Origin: Macrostomum lignano
Taxonomy: Eukaryota
Reading direction: 5' to 3'
DNA: 64,000 nt
NCBI GenBank assembly: GCA_002269645.1
Contig: NIVC01000461.1
Span: 62,001-126,000, forward strand
Shown: positions 1-11,639 of the stretch, piece after piece
Numbering within the stretch: the first letter of the stretch is position 1
Layout of the letters: each line of letters opens with the position of its first letter
Notes under the pieces: model-generated
What the model was told of the DNA's origin: nothing
Databases searched by the model: none
The model's input: only the letters and a program-made list of their open reading frames with translations
Program-made: the position numbers and the translations under genes

Positions 1-600
1 TGAAAGGGGTGCCATTTTGAATCTTGAAAGGGGTGCCATTTCGAACCTCGAAAGGCCAGGTGCCATTTTGAATCTTAAAAGGCCTGGTGCCATTTTGAAT
101 CTTGAAAGGGGTGCCATTTTGAACCTGAAAGGGGTGCCATTTTGAATCTTAAAAGGGGTGCCATTTCGAATCTTGAAAGGGGTGCCATTTTGAACCTGAA
201 AGGGGTGCCATTTCGAACCTTGAAAGGCCAGGTGCCATTTTGAATCTTAAAAGGCCTGGTGCCATTTTGAATCTTAAAAGGCCTGGTGCCATTTTGAATC
301 TTGAAAGGGGTGCCATTTTGAACCTGAAAGGGGTGCCATTTTGAATCTTAAAAGGGGTGCCATTTCGAATCTTGAAAGGGCAGGTGCCATTTTGAATCTT
401 AAAAGGCCTGGTGCCATTTTGAATCTTGAAAGGGCAGGTGCCATTTTGAATCTTAAAAGGCCTGGTGCCATTTTGAATCTTGAAAGGGGTGCCATTTTGA
501 ACCTGAAAGGGGTGCCATTTCGAATCTTGAAAGGCCAGGTGCCATTTTGAATCTTAAAAGGCCTGGTGCCATTTTGCACATTGAAAGGGTTGCCATTTTG
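1..600. repeat. Minisatellite with mixed 24/27-bp units (TTTTGAATCTTGAAAGGGGTGCCA / TTTTGAATCTTAAAAGGCCTGGTGCCA), truncated at the window edge; probably in an RSK intron
   Basis: Direct tandem repetition visible. ORFs 274..618 and 341..550 are just translations of the 8/9-codon units. Confidence 0.95.
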
Positions 601-1199
601 AACAGGAAAAGATAGCATTTCGTAACTTATCCGGTCCTCGTTCTAAGCCTACTGAGCGCCACTTTGAGAAATGTCTCGTACAGAAAAAATGCATTAGTTA
701 ATAACTGTCCTTTATTTGCTTCTCCCTCGTTCCTTTGAGTAAGCGGCTTCCTAGGCACGCAACGAGTTGTCGTGCTAGCCCCGTAAATCTTACAAATGAG
801 TAGGAGCCGCTCCAAGCCTAGGAGAGGGGATTGGCTCACTAATTAAAATTCTTAGAGATCTCTAGAGAAAACGGGACAGACAGATTGTCATACTACGCTC
901 GTATTAAGCCTTTTAGAGGAAGAGTCACAGTGCAGTTGCACTTATAAGGCCTATTATAATGAATAATGCTCTAAAATTTAAAAAAAACAACAACAAACGG
1001 CTGACGGTCAGACTCTATAGCGGGTTATTATCTACTGATTTTGCATCCCAAAAATTCTAAAATAATAGTACAACTTTCGGCATAACTATACGAGCTAGAC
1101 AAAATGGATAGGCACATTTTTACTTCAAACACTATGGGAATGGGTTAGTAAATTATCTAATTGGTTTAACTAATAGCTTAATTGATACTCCGTAAACTC

Positions 1200-1865
1200 C
1201 TCCCAGTCCATAGACTAATTGGTCAGCTGATGCTCCCAGTCCATAGACTAATCGGTCAGCTGATGCTCCCAGTCCATAGACTAATCGGTCAGCTGATGCT
1301 CCCAGTCCATAGACTAATCGGTCAGCTGATGCTCCCAGTCCATAGACTAATCGGTCAGCTGATGCTCCCAGTCCATAGACTAATTGGTCAGCTGATGCTC
1401 CCAGTCCATAGACTAATCGGTCAGCTGATGCTCCCAGTCCATAGACTAATTGGTCAGCTGATGCTCCCAGTCTATAGACTAATTGGTCAGCTGATGCTCC
1501 CAGTCCATAGACTAATCGGTCAGCTGATGCTCCCAGTCCATAGACTAATTGGTCAGCTGATCCTCCCAGTCCATAGACTAATTGGTCAGCTGATGCTCCC
1601 AGTTCATAGACTAATCGGTCAGCTGATGCTCCCAGTCCATAGACTAATTGGTCAGCTGATGCTCCCAGTCCATAGACTAATTGGTCAGCTGATGCTCCCA
1701 GTCCATAGACTAATCGGTCAGCTGATGCTCCCAGTCCATAGACTAATCGGTCAGCTGATGATCCCAGTCCATAGACTAATTGGTCAGCTGATGCTCCCAG
1801 TCCATAGACTAATCGGTCAGCTGATGCTCCCAGTCCATAGACTAATTGGTCAGCTGATGCTCCCA
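1200..1865. repeat. 33-bp minisatellite (TCCCAGTCCATAGACTAATYGGTCAGCTGATGC), about 20 copies
   Basis: Near-perfect tandem units; 11-aa periodicity in both overlapping ORFs. Confidence 0.97.
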
Positions 1866-2609
1866 ATCAACTGCAAATTCTTTGGTGATAATGCTAGAAC
1901 GGCAGCTAGAGCCACAGTAAATAAAAGGCATACTTTTGCTCAGATATAGATAGCAATAATAGTACAAATTAGGGCCTGTACAAAATACTGATAAGATGAC
2001 AGAAACAAAGACAGGTTAAAAGGCAAAAGTGACTCAAATTCTGATAAAAATGCAAAACAGTGTAATTGAATATATTTTGGCAGCTACAACAGCTATAAGC
2101 TGGAAACAGTTTAGATTTCTATTTTCAAAGCGCGTATAGTTACTATCAGAACAGAATATTTAGACCAGCAGACAGGGGGCAACAAGTACAGTCTAATTAA
2201 TGGCAGCGAGCTAATTTGAATCCGCGCCAGGGCACAAATGCTAATCAATGGCTAATGACTTGCATGCCAGAGGCTAGGGGCGGAAGGCACACCCCCATCC
2301 CATAGAGAAACAAGCCCTCTGCCATGAAGCGAATTCAATCCATGGGCAAGTTGCGCAATCTTCCTGGCTTCAAGATAGTTGCCAATATTCAACCAACACT
2401 AGGCTAGCTTCGGGTAGGGCAGTTTCGAGGAATATAATTTTTTCATTGGAAACTGTCAACTCACTGCAACGCAACCTGCTTTCATATCAGGCAACAGTCA
2501 ATACAGCTACTGCCTTTTAGCCAAGTTTTTTATCAGCTATCAGCTTATTCTATTTGCAGAATAGAATAGTAGTGTCTCATAACTACCTTGCATAAGTGCA
2601 TAATATAGT

Positions 2610-4270
2610 GATAAAGTGAGTGACCAGATGCATTGGCTGATAAAGTGAGTGACCAGATGCATTGGCGGATAAGAGAGTGACCAGATGCATTGGCGGATAA
2701 GAGAGTGACCAGATGCATTGGCTGATAAGAGAGTGACCAGATGCATTGGCGGATAAGAGAGTGACCAGATGCATTGGCTGATGAGAGAGTGACCAGATGC
2801 ATTGGCGGATAAGAGAGTGACCAGATGCATTGGCTGATGAGAGAGTGACCAGATGCATTGGCTGATGAGAGAGTGAACAGATGCATTGGCTGATGAGAGA
2901 GTGAACAGATGCATTGGCTGATAAGAGAGTGACCAGATGCATTCGGATAAGAGAGTGACCAAATGCATTGGCGGATAAGAGAGTGACCAGATGCATTGGT
3001 TGATAAAAGAGTGACCAGATGCATTGGCTGATAAAGTGAGTGAACAGATGCAATGGCTGATAAAGTAAGTGAACAGATGCATTGGCTGATAAGAGAGTGA
3101 CGAGATGCATTGGCCGATAAAGTGAGTGAACAGATGCATTGGCTGATAAGAGAGTGACCAGATGCATTGGCCGATAAAGTGAGTGACCAGATGCATTGGC
3201 TGATAAAGTGAGTGACCAGATGCATTGGCGGATAAAGTGAGTGAACAGATGCATTGGCGGATAAAGTGAGTGACCAGATGCATTGGCTGATAAGAGAGTG
3301 ACCAGATGCATTGGCGGATAAAGTGAGTGGCCAGATGCATTGGCGGATAAAGTGAGTGACCAGATGCATTGGCGGATAAAGTGAGTGACCAGATGCATTG
3401 GCGGATAAAGTGAGTGACCAGATGCATTGGCGGATAAGAGAGTGACCCGATGCATTGGCGGATAAAGTGAGTGACCAGATGCATTGGCTGATAAGAGAGT
3501 GACCAGATGCATTGGCGGATAAAGTGAGTGACCAGATGCATTGGCGGATAAAGTGAGTGACCAGATGCATTGGCGGATAAAGTGAGTGACCAGATGCATT
3601 GGCGGATAAGAGAGTGACCAGATGCATTGGTTGATAAGAGAATGACCAGATGCATTGGCTGATAAGTGAGTGACCAGATGCATTGGTTGATGAGAGTGAC
3701 CAGATGCATTGGTTGATAAGAGAATGACCAGTTGCATTGGCGGATAAGTGAGTGACCAGATGCATTGGCTGATAAGTGAGTTGACCAGATGCATTGGCTG
3801 ATAAGAGAGTGACCAGATGCATTGGCGGATAAAGTGAGTGGCCAGATGCATTGGCGGATAAAGTGAGTGGCCAGATGCATTGGCGGATAAAGTGAGTGAC
3901 CAGATGCATTGGCTGATAAGAGAGTGACCAGATGCATTGGTTGATAAGAGAATGACCAGTTGCATTGGCGGATAAGTGAGTGACCAGATGCATTGGCTGA
4001 TAAGAGAATGACCAGTTGCATTGGCGGATAAGTGAGTGACCAGATGCATTGGTTGATAAGAGAATGACCAGTTGCATTGGCGGATAAGTGAGTGACCAGA
4101 TGCATTGGCTGATAAGTGAGTGACCAGATGCATTGGCTGATAAGTGAGTTGACCAGTTGCATTGGCTGATAAGTGAGTGACCAGATGCATTGGCTGATAA
4201 GTGAGTTGACCAGATGCATTGGCGGATAAGAGATTGACCAGATGCATTGGCTGATAAGTGAGTGACCCTT
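2610..4270. repeat. 28-29-bp minisatellite (GAGTGACCAGATGCATTGGCKGATAA core), more than 50 copies
   Basis: Tandem units with interspersed variants; three overlapping repeat ORFs on the minus strand. Confidence 0.97.
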
Positions 4271-4480
4271 TCCATAAATTTATGTAGCAAATAAGGGCTT
4301 TTAAATTGAGCGTTAACATATTAACGCTCATTAACAATTTGTTTTAAAGATTTTTTTCATTTAAACGCTGCTACCACTTTGCTATAAACGCAAGCAAAGA
4401 TTTTCCTGAGGACCAGCACCGCCTTAAAGCATAAATTTAGTTACCCCTGCCATCTAACGGATTAATTTAGCCATGCTCAC

Positions 4481-4843
4481 CTTCAATGTCGCCTTCTTCA
4501 GCACCTTCATGGCGTACATAACGCCGGCATCTGGTCCATTGTTCCTCCGAACTAGGAACACCTTGCCAAAGGAGCCCTGGCCGAGCACCTTCAACAGGTC
4601 GAAGTCGGAGGCGGTAACAGCGGCGGCGCCTCCATTGCGACGTTCGACCATGTCGGCAACTTCGACCTCCACAATGGATTCGTCTGCACTGTCGCCCTGT
4701 AGTGAACAGGAAGTGAATGGGCAGCTTAGGCAGGGCCTAACTGAGCAATGCTGTATAATCCAACAGTTAGATAAACTGAGTGACCCATAACTTACATTTA
4801 TTGTTTCCACTTTTTCATCAATTCCGTCGTCAATAGTGGATGT
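4481..4843 (-). CDS. RPS6KA: p90 ribosomal S6 kinase (RSK), start of the N-terminal kinase domain; exons 4796..4843 and 4481..4696; the gene continues left of the window
   Basis: Translation contains [21 protein letters not shown]...[12 protein letters not shown], the RSK N-terminal kinase Gly-rich loop and VAIK lysine. Canonical sites: ctacag|GGCGAC...TTGAAG|gtgagc and ttttag|ACATCC...ATAAAT|gtaagt, all phase 0. Confidence 0.9.
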
Positions 4844-5797
4844 CTAAAAATAGAAGAGAATATTGATTACAATATTAGGATTGCAAATAGATGAGAATGA
4901 TTTTTAGGATTTGTATTTTTTTAACCATATTTACATTCTTATAATAGGGTAACTAATCCTTATATGGCAATTTTCAAACCATATTTAAAACATTATTGAA
5001 GTACTCAAGCATTTATTTATAAAGGTTGGATTTATAAATTGATAACTCTTTGAAATCAAATGAATGCAAAGTTAAATCAAATGTAAAATTATACATTATA
5101 AATTTTTTATACATAATTAAGAATATGACCTTTTGCTTAACAATTGATAAATGCAAAAAAAATTAATCCTTGAATTTTATATTTTAAGATTTTTTTTAAA
5201 TAAAGTGAAATTTTCTATGGAAGTTATATTTTAAGTTTTAACATCAATAATATAATACAAACACTTGAAGATATTATATTTAATTGAAAAAAAGATTAGC
5301 ATTGTCCATTGAATCCAAAATATCTGCAAGATTTTCAAGATTTGTTTATAAAATAAAAATGTCAATATTTTAATCAAACTGAGCATTATCTAACTTCATT
5401 TTAGATAATAGCTTTTGGTAATGGAAACTATATAAGGACTAATAATGGCTAATTAGAAAATGTTTATACCTAAGAGATTTTCCTATTCAAGAGATATTGA
5501 ATAGAAGATCTCTATTCTTCTATTTATAATATCAGAGATTCTTCCTTGATATTATAAAAGGATAAGGTTATAATAAGTACTTGCACATATAGACTTCTTA
5601 ACATAGACAACATAAAATATATAAACAAAAACATAGTTTTAGTGCTATAGCATTAAAATTTGATCCTTAACATTTTAGTTTTTGCACCATTTTATAGTTC
5701 TTGCATCTTATAAGTTCACATGTCACTTTAAGAGCTTTTTGGTTAGAGTATAGGCTTAAAATATAACTGTTATTTTCATTAAACATTAGTTAAGTAC

Positions 5798-5830
5798 CCA
5801 CCGATTTGCTGCTTGTGTGAGGCATTTCAT
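5798..5830 (-). CDS. Candidate first coding exon of RSK (MKCLTQAANRW)
   Basis: ATG plus phase-0 donor TGG|gtactt, compatible with the next exon. Loosely resembles the RSK N-terminus MPLAQLADPW and lies next to a CpG-containing segment with a CCAAT box (CGATTGG near 5944). Confidence 0.4.
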
Positions 5831-7985
5831 TCAATGGCTCTCTTTGTCGAGCTAATGGCATCATATAACATTGAAGGAAAAACGTTTTAAATTTAATATT
5901 ACAACTTTTGTGTGGTCCCTTCAGAAGTAATGTTAATTAACTCCGATTGGTCGAAAAAACTAAGTGATTAGTATTTTGTAAAAAAATAGTGTCAAAAGCC
6001 GAAAGAAACGCACTTTCTTAGTTAGAAATTTTGGGTATGGCCATAAATGAGGAACAAAATAAATAATGAACAACAAAGGTTATGCAAAACTACTGCTTGC
6101 AGACCGTCTCGGACTGTCTGTAACAGATTCAGCAGCAAAAAAATGTGTAACTGGCTAGACCTTAGACCCGCGCTACTTCTCAAAGTGGTTTTTCTAAAAA
6201 ACGGAGTATTTTTTAACAGTTTGATTTCGCGTTAGTCAATTTATCGATGGCTAGCATAACAAAATATAATAAGGTAGCTTCTAGGTTTATTACTTAAATG
6301 AAAGTTTTTGATTAATATTTTATTGAAAGAACTAATCTGCACTAATTTTGATCAGACGTAAAAATATTTCTTACGTTTTTTCTTTTAGGAGAAAAAGGCA
6401 ATGCGAAAATAGGCTTTAAATCAATTAATTGTGTTAGCTTCAATAAATCTTTGTGTCGCCAATGCTCGCCATACTAGATACCAGATAAAATATTTTGACC
6501 AAAGTCATCTGAGCACAAGGCATTTTTACAGCTTAGGCTATGCCACAAACGAAAACAAAAATAAAAAAGATTTGCTACTAGCTATTAAGATTGACAAATT
6601 TGCTACTATGATAGCAAATCTTCCTCCACAACCGACATGAAAATTATAGAAAACACCATGTGTGAACCATGCTGTTGCTGCCTGTCTTACACCAATCTAA
6701 TCCATCGTACCGGTTACCTTTATTGCTTACTTGGTATTTCCTTTTATTTGCTAACAATCTCCTTGCAATTAATTATAAGTTTTGCTTCTCTTCGTTTAAA
6801 AAAATACCGGTGCATCTTCTCCCGCATTACGCATATCTTTATATCATAATTTCTCTAATCGCAAACGTCTTAATACCAACCTTAAAACTTTGTTTTAGGC
6901 GCTCTATTTTGGTTATTTCCTTCTTACATAAAAATATCCCTCATCTTTAATACCTAATATTTGCCTGCAATCTTTACATTTGATTTTTTTATTGTCTGAT
7001 TATTACCTATATACTTTTTGTCACCTAACGGGATCAATTAAATTGCTATACATCAAGTTCCTACAAGACTTGTTTTTTTAATTTCTTACTTAAATACTTT
7101 TTGCTTCGTTAATCGTTAAAGATCGTTTGAAGTTTCGTAGGCCTTGAAAAAATTTAGGCACTCTTTCAAATACTATATTATTGCAAAACTCCACGATGCG
7201 CATTAAAAAACAGCATTTAGAATCTTACGTGTATACGAAAAATGTACAATGTTTGAACGATCACTGCTCCTAGAATATTTAATATTTTCGTTTAGGAGGT
7301 TTTTCATTTGAAAGATATATTTCTCTAGTTTCTTATACATATATTTAGACTTTTATAAAACCAGTTCAACACGTAGCAATCGAAATTTAAAGGAATTTTC
7401 GTTTTTTCTGCATCATTTTAAACTTTTAAAATATCACTGAAGTCCCTATTCAAGGTTGAACAAAGAATGATAGAAAGATTGCATTTTGATATTTTGATAG
7501 GGCCTAACTTTATAATTAGAAGCAGATGTATTTTTAAACTTTAGTTTAGCCAAGATATTATTCTTGAGCTATTATAAAAATATGCTTTAATTAATTTATT
7601 CTAGGGGGGTATGGTCCCTATGTTATTTTGTTTCGTTTTGTTTCATTTCCAAGAAATTTGACAAATTTGTCAATTCAATATTAAAGTCTTAGGCTACAGA
7701 TTAGCCAAGTGGTTATTATCATATGACAATTTAGAGAATGACAATTTCAACTATACCCATATAGATATAATGTGCTAGGGGTTTTCTTTGATATTAAAAT
7801 ATCTCACTAATGCCATTAAAGTAGTTATAAACATGTTTGTTTTGTTTTTTTATAGTATTAGTATACTGTACTAACACTGATAAGTCCTATTCAACAATAT
7901 AATTTCTAATGCAAAGGACATAATAATTTAGATATATATTTTATTTACTGTTACAGTGGGTATTCCTCTGTCTTTATGAATAATC

Positions 7986-8729
7986 TAGAGATGTTCCAAA
8001 AGCAAATTTTCTGTCAAAATTGAAATTGAAATCAAAATTTGCTACTTTCTAAAATCAAAATCAAAATCAAAATTTTCCGAAATCAAAATTCAGAAAAACA
8101 AATTTTAATACAACCAACACTCACTTTTCTACTTTTGATTTACTGCTTTTGCAAAACAAAATACATGTATGTTAGCAGAAGTTCGTTTACTTTCAGCCAC
8201 TAAATAAGGAGAATCCCTCATTGCCACTTTTAAATACAAAAAATCTTTTTGACGCAAAAACTACATATACTGAGTTGTAGTGTTGTACATGTCATAAAAT
8301 GTACAGTTAAAATGTGCATGTATCACTGCATGACTAGCAATAACTGAGATTGTGTAAATGATAATACATGTATATGTATGGTAAATGTACATGTATATAC
8401 TGTAAAATGCAAAAAATATGCAATATATCAGTAGACGCTTTTGCAGCTTTAAAATGCGACAAAATTTACAAAAATTTACAGTTCCACAAACTCCATGTTA
8501 CATGTCCTACATGCATGGAAGAGTTTTAACAAATTCAAATAGTTTTGCATGTAAAAATTGTAATATCACCGATAAAAGACAGTACCAAAGTTCTAAAAAA
8601 CTAAAATCAGATAAAAATTTCGGAAGTACTTTCCAAAATTTTGACTTCTGAAATTTTTTCAAAATCAAAATTTGCTCCAAAAAAATCCGAATTTTGGAAA
8701 ATCAAAATTGAAATTTCGGAACATCTTTA
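7986..8729. mobile_element. Non-autonomous hAT-type element (MITE), 744 bp
   Basis: TIR TAGAGATGTTCC / GGAACATCTTTA (1 mismatch); exact 8-bp TSD GAATAATC (7978..7985 and 8730..8737); subterminal AAAATC repeats. Confidence 0.85.
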
Positions 8730-9254
8730 GAATAATCCCACCACTGCCACCAAAGTTGTTATAGGGCTACTTGTTCTTGCTATAACTATCCTACTACTGC
8801 GACCAAAGTTATAGCAATATTCCTATACAATACAAAATCCCATTGGTTAGCCACCAAAGTTGTCGTAGGGGTTTTCTTCCCCCTTTTAGCTATTCTACTA
8901 ATACCACTAAGTTGTAACAGGCTAAAGCTTCTCTCTATTAAAACTCCTACTGAGGTCACCAAAGTTGTAATAGGGTTTAACTTCTGTCTCTAAATGTTGG
9001 TAGTTGCCACCAAGACTATTCTATTGTAAAGTGCCTCTCCTTCTCAGGTTCTTGAAGATGTTCCTAGAAAATAAAACCCGCTGCTCCTAAAGAAGCTAGA
9101 TAGCACCATAGTACTACCTATTGATTTGCCTGAAAATGAACCTAAAACGTTGCCATGAATTGGTAGGGTTGCTGCCACCTTGGTGTGCGGACTCGACGCG
9201 TCGGCAGAGTTGTCTATCCGTCACCTGAAAGAAAAATGTCATGCAGCAGTGGTG

Positions 9255-9469
9255 TGACTCAAGGTCAGTGGCCACGCACACAGTGCGTGCACAGTCATGT
9301 GCTTAGTCTGTGCTAAAAATAGAATCGTGGGTGGATGAGTCATCCTGTTTACTCCCTCTAGGCAGCCCTTACACTCCGCGTAGGTGATGAGTCATCCTGC
9401 AATGCCTCCTCAGTGCGAGTGGGAAGACATTGAGTGTGGCTGCCCGCGCCTGCTCAGGCGATGAGTCAT
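9255..9469. promoter_or_regulatory. Cluster of four AP-1/bZIP sites, a putative enhancer or alternative promoter
   Basis: TGACTCA at 9255; ATGAGTCAT at 9335, 9387 and 9461; local GC/CpG-containing patch. Confidence 0.5.
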
Positions 9470-11639
9470 TGGGCAGTAAACACATAGGCCCAGCACAGGG
9501 TAACTCTCTTACTAGATCAGGTGGACTGAGCTACTGTGCAGTGGATCACAGCACTCTTAGGGAAAGCTAGTGAATGCTGCTGAATAACCAGTTAGCAGCC
9601 AGTCACTACACTATTAATAAATTATAAGTTTATTAATCTTAGAATAAGTCTAAGAAATGTTTCTTAGAATTAGTCTGAGTATATATCTTAGTAGTTGTCT
9701 GAGTATTACTCTTAGTATTATTCTTTGTATACAAGTTGTATTCTAATGTTATTATGGTAGCGTTCTACTATTATTCTGGCCTGAGTAGTATATTGGCTTA
9801 CTGGTAGATATATTGCATGTACTTCCAATCCTGGGCATTACCAAGATCAGAGGGTCATAGCCTCTGGTTATTCTTTCATATATTGATTTAGGATCTACAT
9901 CTTAGTCTCTTACTACTTCCACTTCTCAGTAGTATATACTGTATATGTTCTCTGCCATTTTACTTCTCTTCTGCAAATGAATAACTTGAAAAACAATCTT
10001 CAATAACATTTACTTAGAACTCTTACTATTTGATACTGGCTTTCTTTCTTAAGGAACCATGATGTGAGGTTGGTCTCTCCTCCACCAAAAATGTTTCTAT
10101 TTATGCCAAAATTTAATGCTACCTTAAGCAAAAATTAGTTTGCATAAAATATTATGAAAAATACATGTATTATAACAAATGTGTTTTCCTAGATTTGGCA
10201 TGCATTCAAAAAGAGTTATACAATGATCAATTTTGTATAAACTTTTTTGTATAGAGTTAAAATTTTGAATTAGGAAGGGCCCTGCACATTACAAAGGCAT
10301 AAAACAATTTTATTTGAGACTTTCTTAAAGATAGCGGCTGCTTCTAATCTCGTTCTACCTTGTCTTGCCATAGACCTAGAAGCTAGCTTTTTAAGGTTGG
10401 CAATCCAGTAGCTAGCTGGCCCTTAGGGCTCAAAATCTAGTTGCCAATGGCTATTTTTTGGTTGCCTATTGGCAACTAGCCAAATTCTTGAGGATGGATA
10501 TTTCCAAGGCTACATTTAAAACAGAAATTTGTTCTCTCAACTCTAAGATCGCTATCTATGCTGCAAACAATAATGAACTAACTACTCCATATATAAATTA
10601 ATATGGCACTTTTATAATACTTACAAAATCATTTTTTGAAATTGGCAACTGGCATAGAGAAAATGAAGTTTCCAGATTGGCCTCTGATGCCAAAAATCCA
10701 GTTGCCAATGAAATTTTCAAGGGGCCAAAAACCCTATATGACCCAAAAAACCTGGAAGCCTAGAAGCCTTCTTGTCAGCTATATAACCATAGTCCAGATC
10801 ATGCTGGGTACATGCCCGAACAAAAATTGAATAATTACAAATGCATGCCAAAAAATATAGTGCATGCCCATTCTCAAAAATACGCCAGTGTTGTGACAAT
10901 AAATGAGTTTTATGTTGTGACAATTAGAAACCTTTTTAATTGCATAATAGACCCTAAATACCATATAATTTGGTTACTTTTTATGCTTTTTTGGCGATAC
11001 TATTTATACAAAAATTTATACATGCAAAGATTTGTTTAAATTGTCTTTTACAAACTTGAAAAAAAACTAGAAAGTAAGCTTGAAATTTGCACTTAAAAAT
11101 GAACTTTTTTCATCTTTTTTCTACTTCACAATAACTCTTATACATGATTCTATAAAGTGTATGCCAGGTGTGCACGCATACTATTTTCTCAGGAGTGATG
11201 TATGCCAACTATGCACGCCTAATTTTGGCATGCAACACCAATGCATGCCTGAATTTTCAGGCATATACTACATGATCCAGAGTGTGGCTATATAATTGGC
11301 TTCATTTTCCCTATATGTACTACTTTTTTCTATCCTTGATCTTTATCATCAGCATCTGCAAATCAGACAACTTCATAATTTAATGGTAAAATCCTTGGCA
11401 CTACTCAATAAGGTCTAGACCAAGGCGCATAGTGCTTATAGGACTGCCTTGAGTCACATTGACAGTAATGCAATAGAGGCATAAAGATCCATACTAGTAC
11501 ATTCTCAATGAACTTTATCTGCTTAGCATTCTGGTTATAAAAATGCTTTTGTTGCCTTTACACTGCAGGCGTTGTCATTTGGATAGCCTTCTAGGCTTTA
11601 AGCAACCATTTTTTAGTTAGGTGCAGTCTCATGATATCT

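Noticed and set aside
1153-4337. Long repeat ORFs (237-584 aa)
   Set aside because: Minisatellite artefacts in an RSK intron; no domain content.
10370-11280. Two further MITE-like segments (~10385..10760 and ~10797..11278)
   Set aside because: Inverted motifs are present, but TIR and TSD registers could not be made consistent.
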